From Cyclobacteriaceae bacterium (lineage in GTDB: Bacteria; Bacteroidota; Bacteroidia; Cytophagales; Cyclobacteriaceae): a stretch of 64,000 nt of DNA. The position numbers and the translations under genes were made by a program. The stretch is taken from positions 40,267-104,266 of the forward strand of contig JAEUUE010000119.1 of NCBI GenBank assembly GCA_016787605.1. Direction: 5' to 3'. Shown here one piece after another: positions 45,507 to 54,426 of the stretch. The notes under the pieces were generated by a model, which had not been told where the DNA came from, did not search any database, and saw only the letters and a list, made by a program, of their open reading frames with translations. Positions within the stretch are counted from its first letter, which is position 1. Every line of letters starts with the position of its first letter.

Positions 45507-45643
45507 AGCAGTTGGTTTAGGTGTATAGAAAAATACTAAATAGTCTGAAATAAAGCAGTGACCTGGCCCACTTTCTTTCCCTTGGGTAACAACAAGATGC
45601 ACCAGCACCCGTTAAAGGGAAAAGGCGATGTGGCAATTCTGGC

Positions 45644-45651
45644 TACTTTTG
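45644..45651 (+). promoter_or_regulatory. Bacteroidota -7 promoter box upstream of the TlpA-like gene
   Basis: TACTTTTG lies 28 nt upstream of the ATG at 45679. Confidence 0.4.
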
Positions 45652-45678
45652 CCCTTTAACACCTTGAACCCTGTTCCC

Positions 45679-46821
45679 ATGAAAATCCTGCATGCGGCTG
45701 TCGTAGTGACGATGGTCTCCGTTTTGTCCCTGTTGGGGACATCCTGCCAGCGGCCGGCCGAGGTGGCTGCCGTCGATACCACCTATACCGTGACCATCGC
45801 TGTCAGGGGCCTCGACACCGGGGCGTTGATTCTCAGCTACCGCGAGGGAGAGCAGAGGAAGATGGACACCGCCCGGAGCACCAACGGGATCTACTCCTTT
45901 GAAGGCAAATCGGAGGAACCCAAGCGGGCCTACCTGCGAGTCGAAGGCCTTCGGGCCCCTTCGCTGGCATTCTTCCTGGAGAACGGCAAGATCTCCATTG
46001 AAGCGACGAAGGATTCCCTGTGGGAAGGAAGCGTTTCAGGTACCCGTACCAATGAAGAACGTGCTGCCTTGAAAGGAATGATGGTAGAGGTGGAGAAGAA
46101 GTTTTCCACGCTGAGCAAGGCCTTTGAAGGCGCGAAAGAGTCCGACCAGGACAGCCTGATGGACGTGTACGAAGCCATCGAAAAAGAGCGAAGGGAAGTG
46201 ATGATGCAGTTTGTAGCCCAGTACCCGAAGTCCTATGCTTCCGCGCAGGAGATCAGCGACAATTATGCCTATAACCCCGATGTGCCCGAGTTTGAACGGG
46301 CCTTTAACCTGCTGGATTCGTCGTTGCGCAAAACAGCCCTCGGTAAGGAGATTGCCGGCCGGCTGGAAATAGCCAAACGCACCGATATCAATCAGCTGGC
46401 GCCTGATTTTACGCTCAACGACGTAAACGACAAGCCGGTCACGCTGTCGTCTCTCCGTGGTAACTACCTCCTGATCGATTTCTGGGCCAGCTGGTGCGGC
46501 CCTTGCCGGCAGGAGAACCCTAACCTGGTGAGGACATACACTGCCTACCATAAGCTGGGATTCGACGTCGTTGGCGTTTCACTGGATAACCCGGGTGCCC
46601 GCGACAAATGGCTGGAGGCTATCCGGAAGGACAAACTCACCTGGACCCAGCTATCCGACCTCAAGGGGTGGGAGTCGTCCGCAGCCAAACTCTACGGAAT
46701 CATGGGTATCCCCATGAACTTCCTCCTGGATCCGGAAGGCCGGATTATTGCCAAGGGTCTTCGCGGTGGTGACCTCGACGAGAAGCTGGCCTCGCTCCTC
46801 AAGACCAAAGCCGGTTCCTAG
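45679..46821 (+). CDS. TlpA-family thiol:disulfide oxidoreductase lipoprotein (N-terminal DUF4369-like domain)
   Basis: Lipobox LLGTSCQ and a C-terminal thioredoxin fold with WASWCGPC. Confidence 0.8.
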   Translation: MKILHAAVVVTMVSVLSLLGTSCQRPAEVAAVDTTYTVTIAVRGLDTGALILSYREGEQRKMDTARSTNGIYSFEGKSEEPKRAYLRVEGLRAPSLAFFLENGKISIEATKDSLWEGSVSGTRTNEERAALKGMMVEVEKKFSTLSKAFEGAKESDQDSLMDVYEAIEKERREVMMQFVAQYPKSYASAQEISDNYAYNPDVPEFERAFNLLDSSLRKTALGKEIAGRLEIAKRTDINQLAPDFTLNDVNDKPVTLSSLRGNYLLIDFWASWCGPCRQENPNLVRTYTAYHKLGFDVVGVSLDNPGARDKWLEAIRKDKLTWTQLSDLKGWESSAAKLYGIMGIPMNFLLDPEGRIIAKGLRGGDLDEKLASLLKTKAGS

Positions 46822-46839
46822 GGCCCTGGTGGGCCTTTT
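46820..46839 (+). terminator. short rho-independent terminator
   Basis: GGCCC-tggt-GGGCC followed by TTTT, overlapping the stop codon. Confidence 0.45.
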
Positions 46840-46937
46840 GGACGGTCGGACCCATCTGACCATCGTCAGAGGGTAAATGTGATTCTCCTCATGGGTGGGC
46901 GGCCCGTCGTTTTGTAGATTTCGCCAATTCAGGCCAC

Positions 46938-48047
46938 ATGCGCTCGACCCTCTTTGGCGGAATCCGCCCGGCGCGGCTGGGGAATCAGCAATCCACTTTG
47001 TTGCTGTATCTGCAGTACGTGCTGTATGGTTCGCTGATCCTCTACTTCGGCCGCGATGTCTTCATCCCCTTGGGCTTTGCGGTATTGATCAGTTTTGTCC
47101 TTTATCCGTCCTGTGCCTGGATGGAGCGAAAAGGATTGGGGCGAATGACCGCCATAGTGGTTAACCTGCTTATTCTTACCCTGGTGGTCATTGGTTTGAC
47201 CTCCCTGCTCGTCCAGCAATTTGTTGGCTTCGTGAAGGAGTGGCCGGTCCTCCAGGAGAAGCTGCTGGATGTGGCTACCGATATCAGCCGGGCTTTCACG
47301 CGCTTCTTCGGTGTTTCGCAGGAAAACCAGGCCAAATTGATGACACGGCTTACCGACGAGCTTGCGGGTGGAACGTTCACCGTTGTTCGGGATGCGATTT
47401 CCCTCTCCGCCTTTACGGCCGTAGCCCTGATCCTCATCCCGGTCTATACCGTGCTGATCCTGTACTATCGTCACCATTGGGTAAAGGTGCTCTACCGGAT
47501 ATTCCCCGCGGAGCGCAACGAAAACACGAAGGAGATCCTGGTGCTCACCATCCAGGCTTATTTCAGCTTCATCAAGGGTATGGGGATCGTCTACCTGGTG
47601 GTCGGCATCCTCAACAGCGCCGGTTTGCTGTTGCTGGGCGTGCCGCACCCGATCCTCTTCGGATTCATCGCTTCCATCCTTACGTTTATACCCTATGTGG
47701 GAATTATCATCGGCTCCCTTTTGCCCATCGCCATGGCCTGGACGACCTACGATTCGGCGTGGTATGCGGTAGGCGTGGTGGGGATATTCACGTTCGTCCA
47801 ATACCTGGAGGCCAACGTGATCTTTCCCGTCGCGGTTAGCAACCGCCTGAAGGTAAACACGCTGGTGGTATTGATAGCGATATTCGTGGGTGGGATACTG
47901 TGGGGGGTTTCGGGTATGATCCTGTTTGTTCCGTTTGTGGGCATCGCCAAACTGATTGCTGACCATAACCACAGGCTGAAGACGCTATCGATGTTGTTGG
48001 GTACGCAGGAGAACCATTCATTACCACCAACCAAACCGGGTGTATGA
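46938..48047 (+). CDS. AI-2E family transporter (PerM-like)
   Basis: 369 aa with about 8 TM segments. The motif FIPYVGIIIGSLLPIAMAW...EANVIFP is typical of UPF0118/AI-2E. Confidence 0.8.
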   Translation: MRSTLFGGIRPARLGNQQSTLLLYLQYVLYGSLILYFGRDVFIPLGFAVLISFVLYPSCAWMERKGLGRMTAIVVNLLILTLVVIGLTSLLVQQFVGFVKEWPVLQEKLLDVATDISRAFTRFFGVSQENQAKLMTRLTDELAGGTFTVVRDAISLSAFTAVALILIPVYTVLILYYRHHWVKVLYRIFPAERNENTKEILVLTIQAYFSFIKGMGIVYLVVGILNSAGLLLLGVPHPILFGFIASILTFIPYVGIIIGSLLPIAMAWTTYDSAWYAVGVVGIFTFVQYLEANVIFPVAVSNRLKVNTLVVLIAIFVGGILWGVSGMILFVPFVGIAKLIADHNHRLKTLSMLLGTQENHSLPPTKPGV

Positions 48048-48790
48048 AGACCGCGCCGTACTACGCGAAGGCCCGTGTACGGGCCATACTCAATGCCCTG
48101 GAAAAATACCACCAGTTCCAGGAGACCGATTCCTTGCACCGCCTCCGCGTGGAAATCAAGAAATTCAAGTCGGTGATCATGGTGCTGGGTCATTCCGACA
48201 AGAAATTCGATGCGCATGAACACTACCTGTCGCTGCGCAATGTCTTCCGTAAGGCTGGCCAGATTCGGCAGCCAGCCGTGCTGATCGAGCTGATGCTGAT
48301 GTATGGGGTTTCGGGTTTGCCTGTCGAGCGGTTGGGTGATCCGAAGAAAGCGGCCGACAAATTCAGATCCGATACGCCCTTCTTTATGACCCAGGTGAAG
48401 AAGCTGGGCAGGAAGCTTAGGCCGAGAATCAAGAAGATCAGGAAGAAGGACATCAACGGCTACATCAAGGAACTGGAGAAATACATCCGGGAGACCCTGG
48501 TGCCCAGGTTGAATGCCAGTCAGCTTCATTCCGCGCGAAAACGCATGAAGCAGATCGTTTACCTTACAGGTCTTACCGACCGGGTTTCCAAAGAAGATCG
48601 CAAGTTCTACTCCCGCATGGAGAAGGACGTCGGCGTGCTGCACGACAAAGAGACGTTGCTGGAACTACTCACCGGGTTGCCCAGGAAACAGGATGTGACC
48701 GCGGCAAAAATGTTGTTGAAAAAGCAGGTGGCTGCGGAGCGAAAAGAGATCGCCGCCAAAGCGAAAGCCTTCTATCAGAAGGAAGATTGA
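48044..48790 (+). CDS. CHAD domain-containing protein
   Basis: 248 aa, helical and basic. It has repeated H-R-x-R-x-x-x-K-K-type motifs (LHRLRVEIKKFKSV, LHSARKRMKQIVYL). ATGA overlap with the transporter gene. Confidence 0.55.
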   Translation: MKTAPYYAKARVRAILNALEKYHQFQETDSLHRLRVEIKKFKSVIMVLGHSDKKFDAHEHYLSLRNVFRKAGQIRQPAVLIELMLMYGVSGLPVERLGDPKKAADKFRSDTPFFMTQVKKLGRKLRPRIKKIRKKDINGYIKELEKYIRETLVPRLNASQLHSARKRMKQIVYLTGLTDRVSKEDRKFYSRMEKDVGVLHDKETLLELLTGLPRKQDVTAAKMLLKKQVAAERKEIAAKAKAFYQKED

Positions 48791-49783
48791 TCAGGGTTCC
48801 TTTTTGGCCTTCTTGGCCTTTTCTGCTTCTTTTTCCTGGTCTTTGAAGTATCCCCTGAACAGCCAGTTGTGTTTCATTGCTTCCATATTTTCATTGAAGC
48901 GGCTGGTGCCCTGCTCGACGTTGCGCAACGTGCGCCGCAGGTTGTTGGCCGAGGCCGTGTCGGAAAGCAGCACGCCGAGGGTGCCTTCGCCCTGCCCGGT
49001 CTTGGCGAGCGTCTCCTTCAGTTGGGCGGTGGTTACACTCAGGTCTTTGGTGGCCTTCTGGATTTCGTTCAGCGAGGTCTGCAGTTGATGGGTCATGGTG
49101 GTGTCGGTAAACAGGGTGTTGGCAATGCCCTTGCCGCTCTCCAGGTTGTGAACGAGTTTGGCGGCATCGTCGGTAAAGCGCACGGTATTGGCTCCTGCCT
49201 GGCGGATGGAACTGACCGCCTTCTTGAGGTCAACGACGATCAGCGTATCAGCCAGGAAGTTCCAAAGGCTGTTGCGGCTGTTCAGTTTCCCGGTGATCTC
49301 CCGCAGGTTATGGCTGATCACCGCGATGTTTTCGTTGGTGGTATTCAGGGTCTGCAGCATCTCATCCGTTTCCACGGGTTTTCGCGTCTGGATTTCATCG
49401 CCGTCGTTGGCCGGTTCGGCATCGCCGGGCATGGCCTTGATGCTGATCAGTTTGTTGCCCATCAGTCCGTCCGTACCGATGCTGGCCAGGGCATTTTTGC
49501 GGATGTGGCCCCTGGCGCTTTTGTCGATCAGCATGGTGACGCGAACCGCGGTATCATTGACCAGTTCAATACGGTCGACCGTTCCGATATCGATCCCTGA
49601 GTAGCGAACGTTATTGCCCGGCACCAACCCGTTGATGTTGTGAAAGCGGGCCGACAAGGTATAGGTGGCCCCAAACAGGTTCCGGTTCCGCCCAATCATG
49701 TAGAGGGAGAAGATAAGGAAGGCAAGTCCGGCAAATACAAAGAGTCCGAGCTTGGCATTATTGATGGTTTTGTTGGCGTTCAT
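48791..49783 (-). CDS. mlaD: MlaD/MCE-family substrate-binding protein
   Basis: N-terminal TM segment, MCE domain (GLVPGNNVRYSGIDIGTVDRIEL), a helical C-terminus and a Lys-rich tail. Confidence 0.8.
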   Translation of the reverse strand: MNANKTINNAKLGLFVFAGLAFLIFSLYMIGRNRNLFGATYTLSARFHNINGLVPGNNVRYSGIDIGTVDRIELVNDTAVRVTMLIDKSARGHIRKNALASIGTDGLMGNKLISIKAMPGDAEPANDGDEIQTRKPVETDEMLQTLNTTNENIAVISHNLREITGKLNSRNSLWNFLADTLIVVDLKKAVSSIRQAGANTVRFTDDAAKLVHNLESGKGIANTLFTDTTMTHQLQTSLNEIQKATKDLSVTTAQLKETLAKTGQGEGTLGVLLSDTASANNLRRTLRNVEQGTSRFNENMEAMKHNWLFRGYFKDQEKEAEKAKKAKKEP

Positions 49784-50526
49784 ATCGTTTCAATGAAGAA
49801 GTCCCTGATTTTTTGATCCGTCGATTGCATCAGCTTTTCATACGTGTCGTTGGCGTAGCATTTCCCGTCGATGAGCATGACGATCCGGTTGGCGGTGGCA
49901 TGGATGCAACTCATGTCGTGCGAAATGATCATGGATGCGGTATTGTATTTCTTCTGGACACGCACAATCAGTTCGCTGATCTCCCGCGAGGTAATCGGAT
50001 CCAGACCGGTAGTCGGCTCGTCATAGAGAATGATCTGGGGTTTCAGGATGAGGGTGCGGGCCAGGGCAATGCGTTTGCGCATGCCCCCGGAGAGTTCGGA
50101 AGGCATCATGTATCTCGTGTGGCCGAGCCCCACGTCTTCGAGGGCTTCCACCACGGCCGCGTCGGTGTCAGCCTGGCCCTGGGTAATCCAGTGCCGCCGG
50201 AGCGGAAACAGCAGGTTTTCTTCCACGGTCATCGAGTCATAGAGGGCGTTGCTTTGAAAGAGGAACCCGATCTTGGCGCGCATCTGGTCGAGGTCATCTT
50301 GGTGGAGTTCGTGCACTTCCTGCCCGAATACTTTGATGCTTCCGGCATCGGGAATGATCAGGCCGATGATGCATTTGATCAGTACGGACTTCCCGGACCC
50401 GGACTTACCCAGTACCGCCAGGTTTTCTCCCTGGCTCAAGGTGACGGAAAAATCGCGGAGCACATGGTTCGAGCCGAAGGACTTGTACAGGCCTTTGATT
50501 TCGAGTACGATGTTGTCGGCAGCCAT
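49780..50526 (-). CDS. mlaF: ABC transporter ATP-binding protein (MlaF-like)
   Basis: Walker A GKSGSGKS, ABC signature LSGGMRKR and Walker B IILYDEP. Overlaps mlaD by 4 nt. Confidence 0.85.
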   Translation of the reverse strand: MAADNIVLEIKGLYKSFGSNHVLRDFSVTLSQGENLAVLGKSGSGKSVLIKCIIGLIIPDAGSIKVFGQEVHELHQDDLDQMRAKIGFLFQSNALYDSMTVEENLLFPLRRHWITQGQADTDAAVVEALEDVGLGHTRYMMPSELSGGMRKRIALARTLILKPQIILYDEPTTGLDPITSREISELIVRVQKKYNTASMIISHDMSCIHATANRIVMLIDGKCYANDTYEKLMQSTDQKIRDFFIETI

Positions 50527-50532
50527 GATGCA

Positions 50533-51330
50533 TCAGGTAAATCCCAGGAGGTCGGTCAGCTGGACGGCAATGAGGTCGATGATAAAGACGAGAAGGGAGG
50601 CGATCACAACAGCCGAGTTGGCGGAGCGTCCAACCCCCTCCGTACCCCGGCTGGTATTGTAGCCTTTGTAGCACCCGATGAGCCCGATGGCAAACCCGAA
50701 AAAGAAGGTCTTTATCAGCGAGGGCACCAGGTCGCCGTACGACAGGGCATCGAAAACCTGCGACCAGTAGAGATACCAGCTCACCGATCCACGGATGTTG
50801 ACGCCGAGGTATCCGCCAAACATCGAGATGGCGTTCGACAGGTTGGCCAGGATGGGCAGCATGAGCGTAGTGGCCAGGATGCGGGTGACGATGAGATACT
50901 TGAAGGGGTTGGTGCCCGAGACTTCCATCGCATCGATTTGTTCGGTGACCCGCATGGAGCCCAGTTCCGCACCCATGCCGGAGCCGATCTTGCCGGCACA
51001 GATAAGTGCGGTAATGACCGGGGAGATCTCCCTGACGAGCGAGACGGCGACCATGGCCGGCAGCAGGCTCTCCGCGCCGAATTCCACCAGGGTGGGCCGG
51101 GACTGAATGGTAAGCACCAGTCCCATGATGAAGGCAGTGATGGCGACTAAGGGAAGCGACTTATAGCCCACCCAGAAACACTGTCGGAAAAATTCCTCTA
51201 CCTCCGGGCGCGGCTTGAAGAGCTCGCTGAAGAACCGTCCGCAAAACCGGGCCAGGTCGCCGAGTTCTTCCAGGAACGCTTCGATCTGGCGGAGGTTTTC
51301 TTTAGGGGGAAGCCAATTCTTCAGTTTCAT
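50533..51330 (-). CDS. mlaE: MlaE-family ABC transporter permease
   Basis: 265 aa, polytopic. The motif GSELGSMRVTEQIDAMEV is typical of MlaE/Ttg2B. Confidence 0.8.
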   Translation of the reverse strand: MKLKNWLPPKENLRQIEAFLEELGDLARFCGRFFSELFKPRPEVEEFFRQCFWVGYKSLPLVAITAFIMGLVLTIQSRPTLVEFGAESLLPAMVAVSLVREISPVITALICAGKIGSGMGAELGSMRVTEQIDAMEVSGTNPFKYLIVTRILATTLMLPILANLSNAISMFGGYLGVNIRGSVSWYLYWSQVFDALSYGDLVPSLIKTFFFGFAIGLIGCYKGYNTSRGTEGVGRSANSAVVIASLLVFIIDLIAVQLTDLLGFT

Positions 51331-51373
51331 GGCACGTCAGGTAGGATAGCATCAATCCGTTACAGGGCGACGA

Positions 51374-52210
51374 CTAGTGCGTGCTGAATGTCCAAATCGG
51401 GCACGTGAGGTGATTCACTACATCTTCGGTCACGCTGCCCATCAGGGCATGGGCAAGACCCCGGCGTCCATGGGTCGCCATGGCCACCATGTCTCCCTTG
51501 ATTTCACGGGTGAAATGGGCAATGGCATCTTCTTCGATGGTGTCGTTCCGGACGTGCAAGTGGTAGTTCGTCAGCTTATAATTCTGGGCAAAGTCTTCCA
51601 GCAGCGCTTTGCTCTCCATGTCGGTCTTGAAGTTCATGGGGGTGTTGATCCACAGTATTTCAAGACTGGCATTGAAGAAGGCCTGCAATTCTTTCACCTT
51701 TTCGATCAGGGTATGCTGGTCGAGGTGCAACGTGGTGGGAAGAACGATCTTCTTCACCTCGTCGAGGGCGGGAGCTTTATGCACCGCGATGACCGGTACC
51801 GTTGATTTCTGGACGATCTTCTCCGTCGTGGAGCCGATCAGGTATTCATTGATGCCGCTGGATCCTTTGGTACCCATGACTACCAGGTCGATGCCGTTCT
51901 CCTTGATGAAGTGCCGGATGGCGACGGTGGGAGGCTCATACTTCACATGGAACTTGATCATAAGTCCATCGGCTCCGAAACGCTCCAGCAACTTGTCGAA
52001 CTTTTCCCGGGCATCGGATTCCAGGTCGCGAAGCAGGGTAGGATCGTAAGCATAGGGCTGGACATCAAAACCGGCGACCATCATGACCGGTAAATCAATG
52101 GCCTTGAGCACGTGCACTTCGCCCCTTGTTTTCAGGGCAATCGCGCGGGCAAATTGGAATGCCTCCACCGCACAGGCGGAGAAATCGCAGGGAACCAGGA
52201 TCTTTTTCAT
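51374..52210 (-). CDS. tandem universal stress protein (USP-1)
   Basis: From MKKILVPCDFS. Two UspA domains, each with a G-x2-G-x9-GS-type ATP motif (GTKGSSGINEYLIGSTTEKI, ATHGRRGLAHALMGSVTEDV). Close paralog of USP-3. Confidence 0.8.
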   Translation of the reverse strand: MKKILVPCDFSACAVEAFQFARAIALKTRGEVHVLKAIDLPVMMVAGFDVQPYAYDPTLLRDLESDAREKFDKLLERFGADGLMIKFHVKYEPPTVAIRHFIKENGIDLVVMGTKGSSGINEYLIGSTTEKIVQKSTVPVIAVHKAPALDEVKKIVLPTTLHLDQHTLIEKVKELQAFFNASLEILWINTPMNFKTDMESKALLEDFAQNYKLTNYHLHVRNDTIEEDAIAHFTREIKGDMVAMATHGRRGLAHALMGSVTEDVVNHLTCPIWTFSTH

Positions 52211-52277
52211 GGGTCTTGTTGACGGTTTTTTGCCGTTTTGTTCAGCCAAAAGCTAGCAGGAAGCCCCCTCAAACAGA

Positions 52278-52291
52278 ATGAGGGTAATCAA
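52278..52291. promoter_or_regulatory. FNR/CRP-type palindrome upstream of USP-1
   Basis: ATGAGggtaATCAA matches TTGAT-N4-ATCAA at 8 of 10 positions. It lies 68-81 nt upstream of the ATG at 52210. Confidence 0.4.
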
Positions 52292-52325
52292 CGGGAGGGG
52301 TGACTTTACTCAGACGGACCCCGCG

Positions 52326-52450
52326 GCTGGGTACTGGGCTCTGGCGGCTGGGCGCTGGGTGCCTGGTATTGGGCTCTAGGTTCTTCATGTACCAGATGCC
52401 GAGTATCGAGTACCGAGTGCCTAACCCCTGAGTAGCGAGCCCCGAGCGCC
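52326..52450. repeat. two blocks of degenerate heptamer repeats (CTGGGnn x8, then CGAGTAn/CGAGCnn x6)
   Basis: Read directly. Block A is gCTGGGtaCTGGGctCTGGcggCTGGGcgCTGGGtgCCTGGtatTGGGctCTAGGt. Block B is cCGAGTAtCGAGTAcCGAGTGc...TGAGTAgCGAGCccCGAGCGcc. The unit motifs are near reverse complements (CTGGGTA versus TACCGAG). Confidence 0.7.
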
Positions 52451-52453
52451 TTT

Positions 52454-53272
52454 CTAGGCGTGTACAATCAGCAGCGGGTAGGTGGCCAGCTTGCTCATCT
52501 CCTTGATCAGGCTCTTGTGGAATAGCCGGTCCAGGAAGGATTGATGTTGCGTGCAGAGCGCCAGCCAGTCCACACCCTTCTCCTTCACGTATTTGTCGAG
52601 CGACTCGGCGATGGTGGCGGTGTGAAGGGTATCGAACTGCAGGTCCACGTCCTGTCCGAATGTGTCCCGAAGGATTATCTGGTCGGCCTTTAGTTCTTCC
52701 TCGGCTCTCAGGCTTACCGAAGGTTCCAGCACCTCGAGAACTACCAGGGAACTGTCCAGGGGTTTGATGAGCTTGATAAGCTGGGCAAGGGGAAGGCTGT
52801 TGTTCCTCCAATAGTCGAAGGCAAAGGCGGTCTTCCGAATGTCGGAAAATCCGGCCATCTCAGGTACGATCAACACCGGGGTCTGGGTGTGACGCGCGAT
52901 GCGATAGGAGTTGCTTCCGAACAGAAACTGGTACACATTGTCGGGACCCTTGGTTCCCATGACTACGAGATCATAGTTTCCCGCTTCGCGCTCGATTACC
53001 CCGGCCAGCCCGCTGAACGTAGTGGAGACTTTGCCGTGGCAGGAAATCCGGAATACCCGGCTGATTTCCCGGCTCAATTCCTCGAGGCGGTCTTCCGCCA
53101 TTTGGGCGTTCATTTGTTCACCCAGCATGGCCTCGTCGGGGGTTCGGTCGGCGAGCGATTGAACGTTGAAAAGATCAAGGTGGGCTCCTGATTTCTGGGC
53201 CAACTTGGCGGCATAGACCACTGCTTTGTCGGCGGTATCGGAGAAATCGGTGGGGCAAAGGAGCTTCTTCAT
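52454..53272 (-). CDS. tandem universal stress protein (USP-2)
   Basis: 272 aa starting MKKLLCPTDFS, with two UspA domains. Confidence 0.8.
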   Translation of the reverse strand: MKKLLCPTDFSDTADKAVVYAAKLAQKSGAHLDLFNVQSLADRTPDEAMLGEQMNAQMAEDRLEELSREISRVFRISCHGKVSTTFSGLAGVIEREAGNYDLVVMGTKGPDNVYQFLFGSNSYRIARHTQTPVLIVPEMAGFSDIRKTAFAFDYWRNNSLPLAQLIKLIKPLDSSLVVLEVLEPSVSLRAEEELKADQIILRDTFGQDVDLQFDTLHTATIAESLDKYVKEKGVDWLALCTQHQSFLDRLFHKSLIKEMSKLATYPLLIVHA

Positions 53273-53325
53273 AGGAAAGCCTTTCCTTCGGCAACCTGAA
53301 TATCGGCATTATTCCGGAGTACCTT

Positions 53326-53339
53326 CTGATCAAAATCAG
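53326..53339. promoter_or_regulatory. FNR/CRP-type palindrome in the USP-2 / Rnk-like divergent promoter region
   Basis: CTGATcaaaATCAG matches TTGAT-N4-ATCAA at 8 of 10 positions. It lies 54-67 nt from the USP-2 ATG. Confidence 0.45.
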
Positions 53340-53387
53340 GGCTTCACATAAGACCCGTCATCGGCCCGCCATCCGGGAAGACGGACA

Positions 53388-53873
53388 TTGCCGTGGAGGA
53401 ACAACCCGATGACTGCCCGAACCGACAAACGAACTATCCTGGAGGCCGCCATCCGGCAGCATGAATCGGTTATTGCCGATTTCCGGGAAGGCATCCGCCA
53501 GATGATGGCCACCGAAGGCAATGTGAACGAAGAAGAGCATGACCTGCAGACGCTGGCCATGACCGCCGAAACCTCGGCCGATGTGGATCGGCTTGCCGGC
53601 CAATTGTCTTTTGCCAACCGCGAACTGGAGCAGTTGATACGCATGCGGCAGGACATTGACCAGCTGCATCAGGCGATCCAGCGGGGCTCGGTGGTGGTTA
53701 CCGACCGGGACACGTTCTTCGTATCAGCCAGCATTGAGCGGTTTTATGTGGAAGATCATCCCTTCTTCGGTTTGTCGACCGAAACGCCATTATTTCAGAA
53801 GATGAAAGGCTTGAAATCGGGGATGACATTTTCCTATGGGAAGACAACCTACCAGATTCTCGATGTCTACTGA
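53388..53873 (+). CDS. GreA/GreB-family C-terminal domain protein (Rnk-like), hypothetical
   Basis: The N-terminal half looks coiled-coil. The C-terminus GSVVVTDRDTFFVS...GLSTETPLFQKMKGLKSGMTFSYGKTTYQILDV resembles the GreA/Rnk FKBP-like domain. An alternative start lies at 53409. Confidence 0.4.
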   Translation: MPWRNNPMTARTDKRTILEAAIRQHESVIADFREGIRQMMATEGNVNEEEHDLQTLAMTAETSADVDRLAGQLSFANRELEQLIRMRQDIDQLHQAIQRGSVVVTDRDTFFVSASIERFYVEDHPFFGLSTETPLFQKMKGLKSGMTFSYGKTTYQILDVY

Positions 53874-53900
53874 CCTGTAGTAACTTTAAAACACCCGCGT

Positions 53901-54419
53901 ATGAAAAAGACCCTGGGTTACCTGATGCTCGCCGTCCTCGTCGCCTGCAGCGATCAAATTACCGTCCGCACCGACTACGACAAGTCAGTGAAGATTGCCG
54001 CCTTCAAGACCTTTGCCTGGCTGGACAAGGAGGGTATCGAAGAGCGAAACAATCCGCTATATTACAATGAGCTCAATGACCGGCGCATTCGCGAGGCAAC
54101 TGTGGCCCAGCTGAATGCGAGAGGGTATTCGCTGGATCCGTCGGCACCCCAGTTGAAAGTGCACTACCACATTGTGATCGAGGATAAAACCCAGGTACGC
54201 AGCGACACGTATTCTCCGTACTGGATCAAAACGGAACGCGACGTCTATACCTACCGGGAAGGAACGCTGATCATCGACCTCATGGATGCCAAGAATGAGA
54301 TGCTGCTCTGGAGAGGCTGGGCCATTTCAGCGCTCAGCGATACGGATCAATTATCCGACGAACTGATCCGGGACGCAGTTACGAAGATCATTGAAAAACT
54401 CCCGCCCGCTGAAAAGTAG
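53901..54419 (+). CDS. DUF4136 domain-containing lipoprotein
   Basis: Lipobox VLVACSDQ, then VRTDYDKSVKIAAFKTFAW and GTLIIDLMDAKNEMLLWRGWA, typical of DUF4136. Confidence 0.6.
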   Translation: MKKTLGYLMLAVLVACSDQITVRTDYDKSVKIAAFKTFAWLDKEGIEERNNPLYYNELNDRRIREATVAQLNARGYSLDPSAPQLKVHYHIVIEDKTQVRSDTYSPYWIKTERDVYTYREGTLIIDLMDAKNEMLLWRGWAISALSDTDQLSDELIRDAVTKIIEKLPPAEK

Positions 54420-54426
54420 GGGGTTC

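Noticed and set aside
46929-47972. A 347-aa minus-strand ORF antisense to the AI-2E transporter gene
   Set aside because: It is a highly charged, His/Asp/Gln/Arg-rich shadow ORF. The sense frame encodes a coherent 8-TM transporter.
49813-51150. A 445-aa plus-strand ORF spanning mlaF and mlaE in antisense
   Set aside because: It is a shadow ORF of two strongly supported ABC genes. Its composition is dominated by G/D/H/R/V with no recognisable motifs. Long antisense ORFs are expected at this GC content.
52326-52450. A possible CRISPR array
   Set aside because: The units are only about 7 nt, degenerate and contiguous without spacers. No cas genes are in the window.
52269-52811. A 180-aa minus-strand ORF running through the heptamer-repeat region
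   Set aside because: It overlaps USP-2 out of frame, and its C-terminal part is merely the translation of the degenerate repeats (Pro/Ser/Arg/Gly-rich). It is not coding.
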